Positions 26,025 to 37,749 of a stretch of DNA of 64,000 nucleotides are shown here, in pieces. The notes below the pieces were generated by a model. It worked only from the letters and a program-made list of their open reading frames with translations. It was not told the origin of the DNA and made no database searches. Both the position numbers and the translations under genes were made by a program. Origin of the DNA: Octopus sinensis (lineage: Eukaryota). Numbering within the stretch: position 1 is the first letter of the stretch; each line of letters starts with the position of its first letter. The DNA lies in the NCBI RefSeq assembly GCF_006345805.1, contig NC_043009.1, positions 61,938,001 to 62,002,000 of the forward strand, given 5' to 3'.

Positions 26025-27219
26025 ATCATCATCATCATCATCATCAATTAACGTCCGCTTTCCATGCTAGCATGGGTTGGACGGTTCAACTGGGGTCTGG
26101 GGAGCCCGAAAGCTGCACCAGTCCAGTCAGATCTGGCAGTGTTTCTACAGCTGGATGCCCTTCCTAACGCCAACCACTCCGAGAGTGTAGTGGGTGATTT
26201 TATGTGCCACCGACACAGGTGCCAGACGAGGCTGGCAAACGGCCACGCTCGGATGGTGTTTTTATGTGCCACCGACACAGGTGCCAGACGAGGCTGGCAG
26301 ACGGCCACGCTCGGATGGTGTTTTTATGTGCCACCGACACAGGTGCCAGACGAGGCTGGCAGACGGCCACGCTCGGATGGTGTTTTTATGTGCCACCGAC
26401 ACAGGTGCCAGACGAGGCTGGCAGACGGCCACGCTCGGATGGTGTTTTTATGAGGCTGGCAAACGGCCACGATCGGATGGTGTTTGTTACGTGCCCACAG
26501 CACGGAGGCCAGTCGATGCGGTACTGGCAACGGCCACGTTCGGATGGTTTTCTTATGTGCCACGTGCCACAAAGATACAAATTCCATTGATGTTCATCTA
26601 TTTTGATTTGTTTTGATTTGATTTTCACTTGCCTCAACAGGTCTTCACAAGTGTCACAAGAAGGAAGGTATGCACAGGTGGACTGACTACGTCCCAGGTA
26701 GGGGCCATGGGTTATGGCCTGACTAGTCTTGCCGGGTCTTCGGATGGTGTTTTTATGTGCCACCGACACAGGTGCTAGATGAGGCTGGCGAACGGCCACG
26801 ATCGGATGGTGTTTGTCATGTGCCCACCGCACTGACTACGGCACTGATGGATTTCTTGTGTGCCACAGGCACTGGTACCACAAGATACAAATTCCATTGA
26901 TGTTCATCTATTTTGTCTATTTTGATTTGATTTGATTTGATTTTCACTTGCCTCAACCGGTCTTCACAAGTGTCACAAGAAGGAAGGTATGCACAGGTGG
27001 ACTGACTAGTCTTGCCGGGTCTTCGGAAGGTGTTTTTTATGTGCCACCGACACAGGTGCCAGATGAGGCTGGCGAACGGCCATGATCGGATGGTGTTTGT
27101 TACGTGCCCACAGCACGGAGGCCGGTCGATGCGGAACTGGCTACGGCCACGTTCGGATGGTTCTCATGTGTGCCACCGGCACTGGTACCACAAAGTGTGT
27201 GCCACCGGCACTGGTACCA
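26025..27219 (-). mobile_element. Young RTE LINE 3' UTR copy, inverted relative to 24895-25847
   Basis: (ATC)n tail at 26025; four near-identical 62-bp units starting 26201, 26263, 26325 and 26387; higher-order repeats to 27219. Confidence 0.85.
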
Positions 27220-27228
27220 TATATTATA

Positions 27229-27292
<64 letters not shown>

Positions 27293-27293
27293 G

Positions 27294-27327
<34 letters not shown>

Positions 27328-27490
27328 ATATATGTATATATATATATATATTATATGATATATATGTATATATATATATCACATATAGTCATATATGTAT
27401 ATGTTTGTGTATATGTGTATGTATGTATGTAAAAATGTATGTTTTTATGTGTACATATGTATGCATATATATATATATATTATATATATA

Positions 27491-28732
27491 TAGGGTGCAA
27501 TGAATAAACTGTTGTCTAGATTACACAAAAATGAAAATAACACTAACATCTTATTTTAACAGATATATTTACCAAAATTACATAAAACTATCTTGAAATA
27601 CTAAAGAGTAAATTTATTCAATAAAATTGCCATTGGCTTCAACCACGACCTCCAGACAACTTCAGAATCTCTTGCAACTCTTCTGGATGGTCTTCATGTT
27701 TAAGTTGGTGAATGCTTCCATAATACTTGCCTTCAGTTCATCTTTGGTGTTACAAGGAGTTTTGTTGGTCTCTCGCTCAACTGCGCCCCACACATAATAA
27801 TCAAGGGGATTACAGTCTAGGCAGTTAAGTGGCCAGATGTTAAGAGCAATGTGGTTACAGAAATTGTCCGACAGCCATGACTGGGTTGTCTTACTTGTGT
27901 GCCATAGTGCAGAGTCCTGTTGCCAGACATAGGGTCTTCCAGCAGCCACCCTTTTGACCCAGGGCAGCACAACCTCCTCCAGGCACTTGATGTAGGCCTC
28001 CATGTTGAATCTGAGGCTGTGTTGGAAAATGAATGTAGACATAATGTCGCCATCACTAGTGACCACTCTAAACACCATGATGTTGACTGAATGTTTGATT
28101 TTTATCACACTCAGTTTGTGTTTTGAGGACAAGGCAAGCCAACAGTTGTTTCTGTGTGTTCATCATCTGATCATGGCAGAATTTTTCCTCGTCTGAGAAA
28201 AACAAAAGCATGTTCAGTTGGAGGGAGTGCTTGAGTTTGTTCAAAAGCTTCATAGCATGGTCTTTTCTCTTGTCCTTGATGACTTGGCCCTTTTTCGTCT
28301 TGTATGAAGAATACCAAATGTCTTCATGTGCTACCTGCCTGATAAGAAACTCAGACACTCCCATGTTCCTGGCGATAGACCTGATTGACATGGAAGGATT
28401 GTTGTCAATCATGGCCTGGATCCCACCAGCAAAACGATCAGAGTGAGTTTTCTGAGCTGCCATACCATCCAACTCTTTTCTCTGCACTGTCCTAAGATTG
28501 ACACCCAAACATTCTGAAATGTTTGTATTGGAGCTTGTGTCATGAATGCCAAGCAGTACAGTATGTTGTTTCCAAATTTCTGGCAGAGTGACTTGTGTCA
28601 TGGTGCTGTTTTTCTTACAGATGGCGCCCAACTGACCCTACTATACTGTGTAGTCAACAAAATTAAAAACAAACAATATACATGTGCAAAATTAAAATTA
28701 TAAAATGGTGACAATTTACCCATAACACCCTG
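27491..28732 (-). mobile_element. Tc1/mariner superfamily DNA transposon, DD37D (maT) type, near full length and defective
   Basis: Imperfect TIRs (T/C)AGGGTG..ATG..TAAA.TGT at both ends with TA flanks (27489-27490, 28733-28734); transposase remnants inside. Confidence 0.88.
27614..28601 (-). pseudogene. Frameshifted DD37D transposase
   Basis: HTH-like NPSMSIRSIARNMGVSE; catalytic FFSDE, WQQDSA and CNPLDYYVW with 37 residues between the second and third D; C-terminus LEVVVEANGNFIE*; split over ORFs 28068-28631 and 27662-28132. Confidence 0.88.
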
Positions 28733-29809
28733 TATGAAAATACATTGTCACCATTTGTACTGGGAAATGTGTTTATCAGGGTTGCATATTACAGTGAATA
28801 AAGGAAGGGTAATACAGTGATGAGATGGTGTCTGACAGGAAGGGGGAAAAGGTCCAGATCATCATCATTTAACATCTACTCGTCCATGCTTGCAAGGTTC
28901 AAACAGGATTTTGGGGGGCAGATTTTCTGCTACTAGTTGCCCTTCTTGTCATTGACCTTCACTTGTTTCCAAGGAAGGTAATATTTTCCCAGTGCCAGAT
29001 ATGTTTTTCATAGAAGATTGAAAATAGACAATCATTTGCATGGCGATGGCACTCTTTTACTGCCATCATGGTATGTCTAGAGAAGGGTACACATGAAGAC
29101 ATACATGCATATATGTATTAGGTATGTATTCAGTGGGTTTCTCTCAGTTTCCGTTGACAGCTATCAAATCCACTTACAAGTCTTTGGTTGGCCCAGGGCT
29201 GTAGTAAAAGGCACTTACTGAAGATGTAGAGATCTTAAGCTAATTTCACCTGCTCTAACTTTCAAATCATTGTTCAATTCTGAGAGACCATGAAAGGTGG
29301 CAGAAAGAGCAGGGCATACCTTTTTAAGGGAAGGCATCCATTATAACTGCTGGTTGAAATACCATTTTCATAGTGAACTCCTACACTGGAAAAAAAATCA
29401 TTTCTTGACTGAATAGCATTAAACATACATGGAAATAGGCTCCAACAGTATCTGTTTAAGCCTTACTAATGCAAATCTGATCAGGTCAAGGTACACTAAA
29501 TACAGTAGTAAGAAACTCTCAAGGGAGCTGAACAGCAGAAGGGTCTTCAGAGAAGAAACCCCACTCCAGTAAGTGTTTCAGCCTGTAACTTCTTACACTT
29601 GAAGGAAGCTGGGCCACATCCAGGTCATGACGCCTGTGTGTCCTTCTGCTGATGATACTTTTTAGCCACTTAGTAGAGATTTATGTATTTAAACTGCTTG
29701 GAGATTTTATCTAACTGTACCTCCTTTCCGTTCACTCAGCTTTTATACTTTCCTATGCAGACTTTTGAGCTAGCTCCTGCTGAGGGCTAATTGGACCTGT
29801 GATCCAAAA

Positions 29810-30123
29810 CTAGAGAGCAATAATAGTAAAGCATTTACTGGTACCCTGCCAATATGGTATTTCTTTAAATTCAGTTTAAATGAAAAAGTTCACAAATTTT
29901 TTGAGTTCTTTTAAAATTTGAATTTTCAACTGTTAACATATGACAAATCCTCATCCAGACTTGATCCCAATGCTGGATGTTCAAGAACCAAATGAAGGAC
30001 GGATTTTCAATTCTTGGATCATCCTGATTCCAAAAAGGTATAATATGTCTATGTAGAGCAAATGTAGACTGAAATAGAGGGGTCCCGGATGGACAGACAG
30101 AATTTCGTGTGTGTAAGAGAAGA
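29810..30123 (-). mobile_element. Non-autonomous Helitron
   Basis: Minus strand reads A|TCTTCTC...CTAG|T; hairpin AGTAAA-gca-TTTACT (29825-29839) lies 11 nt from the CTAG end. Confidence 0.6.
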
Positions 30124-30399
30124 TGAAATAATGTTGGTTGTCGGGTAGTGGTGAAACGTCAATTCTATCACAATGAATCTCTCAGAATTACTTCCCTTTG
30201 TGTGTTAAGATATAAAAATAATCCTTCAAACTGTATGGAGATCGTTTTTGTTCCTCCTTGATATAAAGGGCTTATAAGATTGTGTGTGGTATGGAGGTTC
30301 AAGGTTCACCACCAACCAGTGAAAGCGGTTGTTAATAACAGCAATCGTCAATTAATTACCTCTAAGGAAAGGGGCACAGCTTGATGGCAATTATCAAGC

Positions 30400-30840
30400 A
30401 TTTTCTATACCTAGTTGTGATAGCCCCTATTGATAAGGTAGCTTTGAAAATATCCAAGACACAGGCTGATAAACTGAGAGGGAAAATGAGGCAAGCACTA
30501 GAAAAATCCAAACTGTTCAAATTAGACATCACAAGATAGGCAAAAAATGGCTACCAGAACACTGCACAGTGATATCTGTATAATGATGTTACTAGCAGAA
30601 AAAAAGTTAAGATATTGGTGGTGATGGGCAGGTTGTAATATACAGAGAAATTGGCAAGCCTAGTTGGGGATAGTCGCAACTGGAAGTTAAAGGAACATCT
30701 AACCCTGATAACTGGATGAAAATCACCGCAGACCCTAGAAAAGAACAAGGATCACTTCACATTGAATGAGTACAGAGAATTGAATCAACATTACAGAGTG
30801 TTATGGGGACAGTATGGTCTCCCTAACATTCACAAAGATA
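30400..30840 (+). mobile_element. Penelope-like element RT N-terminal fragment (decayed)
   Basis: Pieces ADKLRGKMRQALEKSK, IMMLLAEK..LVVMGR, EKLASLVGD and YGLPNIHKD match PLE motifs PADKG..VV.D and YGLPKIHK. Confidence 0.7.
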
Positions 30841-30899
30841 TCTTTGGAAGTGTTTTTCTATCTCTTACTTTTGATTTTTATTTCTTGTTAATGAATTTT

Positions 30900-31185
30900 T
30901 GGTTAGTTTAATTTAATAAAATAGTCTGTTTCTTAAATGGAATATTCCACCTTTTTGTTTAGTTTAATCAAACATATCTGTTACTGAAAATGGAATATTC
31001 CATTTTGGTAGGGTAGTTTAATCAAACATGTCTTTTGGCAAATTGGAAGATTCCATTCTGGGGGTTAGGGGTTACTTTAGTTGAATCAAATGTCTATTGG
31101 TTAAATGGAACATTTCATTATTTTTTAGTTAGTATAGTTAGTTTAATCAAATCAGCCTATTGGTAGAATGGGATATTTCAGTTTT
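30900..31185. repeat. Degenerate tandem repeat, ~55-65 bp unit, about 5 copies
   Basis: Recurrent TAGTTTAATCAAA...TGGAATATTCCATT. Confidence 0.7.
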
Positions 31186-31298
31186 CTTTCACTTGATAAC
31201 TAGTTGTACTACTATCCAGTGAGTGAGTTCAGCATGAAACATGTTCCACTGTAGCAGAGTTGAAGAATGGTGGAAACAAACATCTGGTTATAATTTGT

Positions 31299-31365
<67 letters not shown>

Positions 31366-31639
31366 GCAAGCTTCTTACAGATGTAGGTTCAATTTGTCAT
31401 TTGAGTAATAAAAAATGGTAGCTACATTCTTTAAAATAATATCAGCTTAGACAAGACCTCTCCCTTTTCCTCATTTATGAAGTTGAGGCCCAGTTTGTCC
31501 TGATAAAAGACCAATACTTCTAACACCTCTTCCCTCACTTCATCTCTCTCTTTCTTTCTCTCTCTCTCTGCCCCAGATAACAACTGCTGCTTTATTTCAA
31601 TGTCAGAATGGAGAGAGATATAAAGAGGTTGTTTTGTAG

Positions 31640-32038
31640 TATTTCTTAACACACCCTCTGTTTGGTGTACTCCAAGGTTCTGTCTAGTGTTGTGCAATAT
31701 ATCTAACACTCCCTCTATTGTATGGCTTATTACAAAGCCCTCTCTAGTTTTGTGCAGTATTGCTAATGTTCTCTTGAAAAGCAGAGTTTGATGTACCACA
31801 GAGTTCTATTTAATTTTGTGCAGTGTTTCTATCACTTCATCTGTTTGGTTTATTGAAAAGTCTTGTCTTGTGTTTTGTCTTTTTACTTTTACACTTGTTT
31901 CAGTCATTAGACTGCAGCCATGCTGAGTCACTGCCTTTAAGAATTTTGTAGTTGAACGAATTGACCCCTCAGTATTTGTTATATTTTCTGTAAAACCCGA
32001 TACTTATTCTATTGGTCTTTTTACTGAATCACCAAGCG

Positions 32039-32083
<45 letters not shown>

Positions 32084-32380
32084 GTTTCTTTCAGTTTCCA
32101 TCTACCAAATCTACTCATAAGGCTTTGAGTTGGCCTGAAGCTGTAATAGAAAATACTTGACCTAGGTGTCACACAGTGGAGCTGAACCCAGAGCCATGTG
32201 GTTGGGAAGCAAATTTCTTTCCATCATTCCCTCTATTGCATGAATGCACTACAAAGTTCTATCTAGTCTTGTGCACTGTTTCAAACAGTTCCTCTGTCTG
32301 ATGTACTACAATATTCCAGTTCACATTCTGCAGTATTTTTAACTCTGCTGTACTCTGGTATCTGTGTAGGGTGCAGTTCT
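31640..32380. repeat. Degenerate ~48-bp tandem array split by a minus-strand SINE (31880-32222)
   Basis: Recurrent AGTTCT.TCTAGT.TTGTGCA...CCCTCT.TT on both sides of the SINE. Confidence 0.55.
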
Positions 32381-32714
32381 GGCATTGCACTCTTTCACAC
32401 TGTGTCAGTGTTCCATTGCATCACTCCCGCATAGTACACTATTACAACACTCCCTCAAACACTGCGGTACCCACTCGTGCTACACTATTATAACAATCCC
32501 ATGCACTATAGTACACTACACTACTCCCCTTATTGACGCTAAAGGGATGAAAGACAAAGTTAGTTTCAAACTTAGATCACAGAGAACCTCATCCACAAGA
32601 AATTTTATGTAGAATCACATCTTTGTTTCCCTCATCATATCCTATTTGTCTGTTTGTCTGTCTACACACACACACACACACACACTGTATTATTATGATG
32701 TTGGGTGTGAGTGA

Positions 32715-33180
32715 TGGATTGGCAGAATTGTTAGAGCAGTGAAGAAAATACCTTGTGGCTTTTCTTCTGGCTCTATACCCCCTGAGTTCACATACTGCTG
32801 CTGCTGGGGGTCAGATTCACTTTTCATCCTTTCAGAAATGATAAAACAAAGTATCAGTCAAGTACCGAGGCCTGATAGCATTGACCAACACACACACACA
32901 CACACACACTATTATTGCAGTAGATGGCAAAATTGTGAGCACAATATTCCGAGTTCAAAACCTGCCTAATATTGGTTTCAAATTTTGTCACAAGGCCAGT
33001 AATTTCGGGGAAGGGAGTAAATTGAATACATTGACCCCAGTGTTCAACTGGTACTTATCTTATTGACTCCTGAAAGAACGACAGGCAAAGTTGACTTCAG
33101 TAGGATTTGAACTCAGAACATAAAGATTGATGGAATGCTGCTAAGCATTATACCTAGTGTGCTAAAGATTCTCACTGCCG
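32715..33180. mobile_element. SINE copies in opposite orientations (32715-32885 +, 32972-33180 -)
   Basis: Same head and CATCCTTT/AGTACCAG body as 53360-53987. Confidence 0.65.
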
Positions 33181-33504
33181 AAAGAAAACTGCTAATATTG
33201 AAGAATTGATAATAATAGTTTTGTTCTTATGAGAGAAATCTCTATTATTGTTAATTAGTATAATACAATACTTCACCAAGTAGGTAGTACAGTACCCGGG
33301 GGTTGGATGGGTAGTGGTGGAAAATTTCACATGGGCATTGGGGACCAAGGAGGCTGAAGGGGTGAGTGTGATTGATGCATTCATAAAGTTTTTTTGACTT
33401 AATAAAAACAAAATTAAATGTGATATTATGATAAACTTGTTTGATTGCCAAAATCACAATGTCAATAACAACTACTATAATTTATCTTTAAAAATTATAG
33501 TTGT

Positions 33505-34400
33505 TAGGTGTGGCTGTGTGATAAGAAAGCTTGCTTACCAAACACATGGTTCCAGGTTCAGTTCCACTGTGTGGCACCTTGGGCAAGTGTCTTCTACAAT
33601 AGCTTGGGCCAACCAAAGCCTTGTGAGTGGATTTGGTAGATGGAAACTGAGAAGCCCATCGTATGTATGTGTGTGTATATCCTGACTTTTGTACATATTT
33701 CTATGTACTATACATGCACCTTTGATGAGTTGTAGTGCACCTGAGCACTATACAAAATAATTTCATCATCATCATCATCATTATTATATATGTATGTGTG
33801 TGAATCTGTGTGTGTGCGTCTGTGTTTTTCCCCCAACACTGCCTGACAACCGGCACTGGTGTGTTTATGTCCATGTGACTTAGCAGTTTCACAAAAGAGA
33901 CCAATAGAATAAGTACTCTGCTTAAGAAATAAACCTTGGTGTCAGTTTGTACAACTAAAAAAACCCTTATGACACCTGGTACTCCAGCATGACCACAGTC
34001 TAATGACTGAAACGAGTAAAGAAATATAAACCATTGCTGTTATTGTGTAATGATAAAATTATTTAAAATTTTATTCAATATGTATATTTATTTCTTTATT
34101 GCCCACAGGGGGCTAAACGTAAAGGGGACAAACAAGGACAGACAAAGGGATTAAGTCGATTACATCGATCTCAGTGCTTAACTGGTACTTATTTAATCAA
34201 CCCCGAAAGGATGAAAGGCAAAGTCGACCTTGGCAGAATTTGAACTCAGAACATAACAACATGCTAATATTGTATAATAATATATATTATATGTTATATA
34301 GGTGTAAGCATGGTCATATAGTTAAGAAGTTCACTTTGTAGCCACAAGATTTTGGGTTCAGTTCCACTGCTTGGCATCTTGGTCAAGTGTCTTCTACTAG
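33505..34400. mobile_element. SINE cluster (33505-34022 +, 34082-34260 -, 34300-34400 +)
   Basis: Matches to the 41877-42270 family and to the 3' half of the 53528-53924 element. Confidence 0.72.
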
Positions 34401-36206
34401 TATGTTTTGTAGTCAGGTGTCTTGAGTAAACTGGTATAATAAAACCAAGAGTGGTCTTGAAAGGGAAGGTAGGATGGAACCAGGAATAGTTCAGGATGGA
34501 TTGTTATTGAAAAGATTGGTTGTTGTCAGTGAGTTTTACTTGCAAAAAACTTCCATAAATATTTGACTAGATTGAAATAGTTCTAAATTCTGTGTCGTAG
34601 CCAAATATATTGTAAGATATGTTGTACTTTGAGTCAACTCTTTAAAGTACAAAACGAGGACCCCACTTTAAGCCAGACAAAAGTGTTTTGTCAAGTAGGA
34701 AATTTATAGTAACATTGTTCAGGTGGAGCAACTATGTAGCAGTTTTCCAGTTTGCTCTGAGTTTTTCTGACTTTGTCAGGTTACGGCTAGACAAGTCTGC
34801 AACACTGCTCATGTCCTTTAGAAAACCATAAATGTCACAGTCATGTAATGTAATTCCTTTCATAGCTTTTTGTGTCTAATTAAGGAATAATTTAATCCTG
34901 TAGGACATATAAGAATTATGGATGTCAGTTACTCTGCAGCAGAGATAAAATTTTGGCAAGCTGAGTCTGGGATCATAGTATCAGTTCCTATTTTTACTTA
35001 CATGGTTGTGTACTCCTTGAAATAAACCAGTATTGTTGGTGTTCAGGTATATTTGAGATGTAGAGGTTACAGATAGTATCATTGAACTTCCTTGAGAAAT
35101 GCATGAACGTTGCATATTCATATTGCACATTTCCTATATACATTTCATATCTCATAATAAAGAAATTAAAGGAAATATCAGAATTGGCCCATGGGATGGT
35201 TTTGATTTATTTGAAGGTTAAGAAAAGGGGTTTAGTTAAAAAGGTACCTGTAGGATATCCTTAAATGGACAGTCTTATTGGCTTAAACCATCTCCTCTCC
35301 TTCTCTCTCTCCTTGCTGCATCCTTGGGTGGGGGTGGGGGGTAGACTGTTGGCTGGCTAGCCCTCATTTTCCTCCATCTTTTTGGCTCTCTATTACAAAT
35401 CAGTTGTGCGTATGTGCGTGTATGTGTGCACACGTGTGTTTAGAGGGAGTTGGTGGGGATGCAGTAAGAAAAAGAAGAGGAAAAGGGGTCTCTACATGTC
35501 TTTCTCTCTTCTTCATCCTACAACTCCCACTGAAGTTTTATTGCCGTGTATTTCTATACCTTTTCTTGATTTTTTTTTGTCTTTCTGTTTCTACCTATAT
35601 ATATATATATACATATATAAAACTTTCTGTCTGTACATATTTCTATCTCTATATATCTGTACTCATACGTACTGTCTCTCTTTTCTCTCGTATCTGTCCA
35701 TCTATCTGCCAGCATCATCACCATTTCTCGAGGTCTATTTTGAAAACGTGCACACCACCCACCCACCCCTTCGCTACCGTCAGCATCACCACCCAAACGT
35801 AACCAAAACTCTACTCTTCCCCCCACGTTTTTCATTATTTCATTTTTGTTGTCTGTCTTCTGCGATAGGTGGAAGTGAAGAGATTATTGATGGTGGTGGT
35901 GGTGATGGTGGTGGAGATAGAGGGAGTTAGGAAGTAGGGTTTTTCGAGGGAAGACTGGCCTTTTTGAATTCCAGGAAACCTTGAAAGTAGGTAAAAAATG
36001 TGTGTGTGTGTGTGTGTGTGAGTGTGTGTATGGTATTTCTGGGAGTGCTTAAGGTAAATAAGATAGCTGTATAAGTAATTTAGTAGTGGTGGTGGTAAGA
36101 GGGAGCATATTTGAAAAATCCCAATGAAGCATCATATATGGTCTTTACAGCATTTGAGGGGTTCAGTGAGGTGGAGAAGGGATTTCAGCTTCTTTCTTTC
36201 ATATGT

Positions 36207-36650
36207 ACACACACACACACACACACATACATGCATATTTACCCACAGATGTTTCATTCACCTTAGCTCTCCACCCCACCTCACCTCACCCCACTTCACC
36301 TTACCCCACCTCACCTTACCCCACATCACCTCACCCCACTTCACCTTACCCCCACCTCACCTTACCCCCACCTCACCTCACCCCCAAAGTAGATATAATA
36401 TTACCAGATTATATCCTCAGGCGATTGCTCCACCTCCACTGCTGCATCCCCTTATGAAATGCATACATACATTTTTGTAATTAGATAAGAGCTAATTTGT
36501 AATTAACACTAAATTCTAATCATCATAATTTAACTTTGTCAGTGAAAACCAGAGTAGCCTTGATTTTGGTAGTAGTGATGGTGGCACCAGTAGCAGCAGG
36601 AGCAGCAGCAACTCTCGAGTGTGTGAGGGGAGGGGCATACACGTGTGCAA

Positions 36651-36704
<54 letters not shown>

Positions 36705-37130
36705 TACATGCATATTTACCCACAGATGTTTCATTCACCTTAGCTCTCCACCCCACCTCACCTCACCCCACTTCACCTTACCCCCACCTCACCTTACCCC
36801 ACATCACCTCACCCCACTTCACCTTACCCCCACCTCACCTTACCCCCACCTCACCTCACCCCCAAAGTAGATATAATATTTACCAGATTATATCCTCAGG
36901 CGATTTGCTCCACCTCCACTGCTGCATCCCCTTATGAAATGCATACATACATTTTTGTAATTAGATAAGAGCTAATTTGTAATTAACACTAAATTCTAAT
37001 CATCATAATTTAACTTTGTCAGTGAAAACCAGAGTAGCCTTGATTTTGGTAGTAGTGATGGTGGCACCAGTAGCAGCAGGAGCAGCAGCAACTCTCGAGT
37101 GTGTGAGGGGAGGGGCATACACGTGTGCAA

Positions 37131-37171
<41 letters not shown>

Positions 37172-37190
37172 ACACACACACACACACACA
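36207..37190. repeat. Near-perfect direct tandem duplication (~480-bp unit, 2 copies) containing a (CACCY)n tract
   Basis: TTAGATAAGAGCTAATTTG at 36481 and 36961; boundaries fall in (CT)n(CA)n microsatellites. Confidence 0.95.
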
Positions 37191-37749
37191 CATATATATG
37201 TGCACATCATCATCATCATCATCACACTTATCTCCACTGGATGCCCTTCCTATCACTAATCACTTTAGAGAGTGTACTTGGTACATTTTGTTGTGAAAGA
37301 GGTTGTCATGTCCTTGACAAGGGTGAAGGTCTCTCTCTCAGCTCCACATTGTATCTGTTCATTTGCCAGTCATTCTACAGAGTGGACAGGGTGCGTTTTT
37401 ATTATTTTATTGTGGCACCTGCATTAGTGAACCTTGTAAATTTAAAGTGTACATATTACTTTTAAGATGTGTTATTTCTTTCTATGACAGCAATGTGACC
37501 AAGAAGATAAATCGAAGGGAGAACATTGACAGAAGAATAACTAGGGTGGCTGGATGGAGAAAGCAAATGGGATGGGAGAGAGGGAGAGAGAGAGAATGGT
37601 AGATGGAGAGAGAGAGAGAGAGAGAGTAATGGATTGTAAAAGAAGTGGACATTGGTCAGAAAGTAGTAGATGTCAATAGCAAGTGGTACAGCAGAAACAA
37701 AACATTGATTGGCAGTAACAGAAAGGGTGAGGTTAGAATATATGGGGTA

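Noticed and set aside
25480-26460. Regularly spaced palindromic 62-bp repeats resembling a CRISPR array
   Set aside because: Units are contiguous with no unique spacers, no cas genes are present, the context is a eukaryotic intron, and the array is part of a LINE 3' UTR.
24952-27326. Many overlapping 70-150 aa ORFs with repeated peptides (MCHRHRCQ, CATDTGARRG)
   Set aside because: Translations of the GC-rich tandem repeat in several frames on both strands; no sign of a real protein.
34430-35270. Possible minus-strand LINE endonuclease-to-RT linker remnant
   Set aside because: Too degenerate to assign any motif with confidence.
35382-35930. 182-aa ORF, and similar long ORFs at 18160-18779 and 59816-60445
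   Set aside because: Low-complexity microsatellite or pyrimidine-rich sequence, no domain, no splice context.
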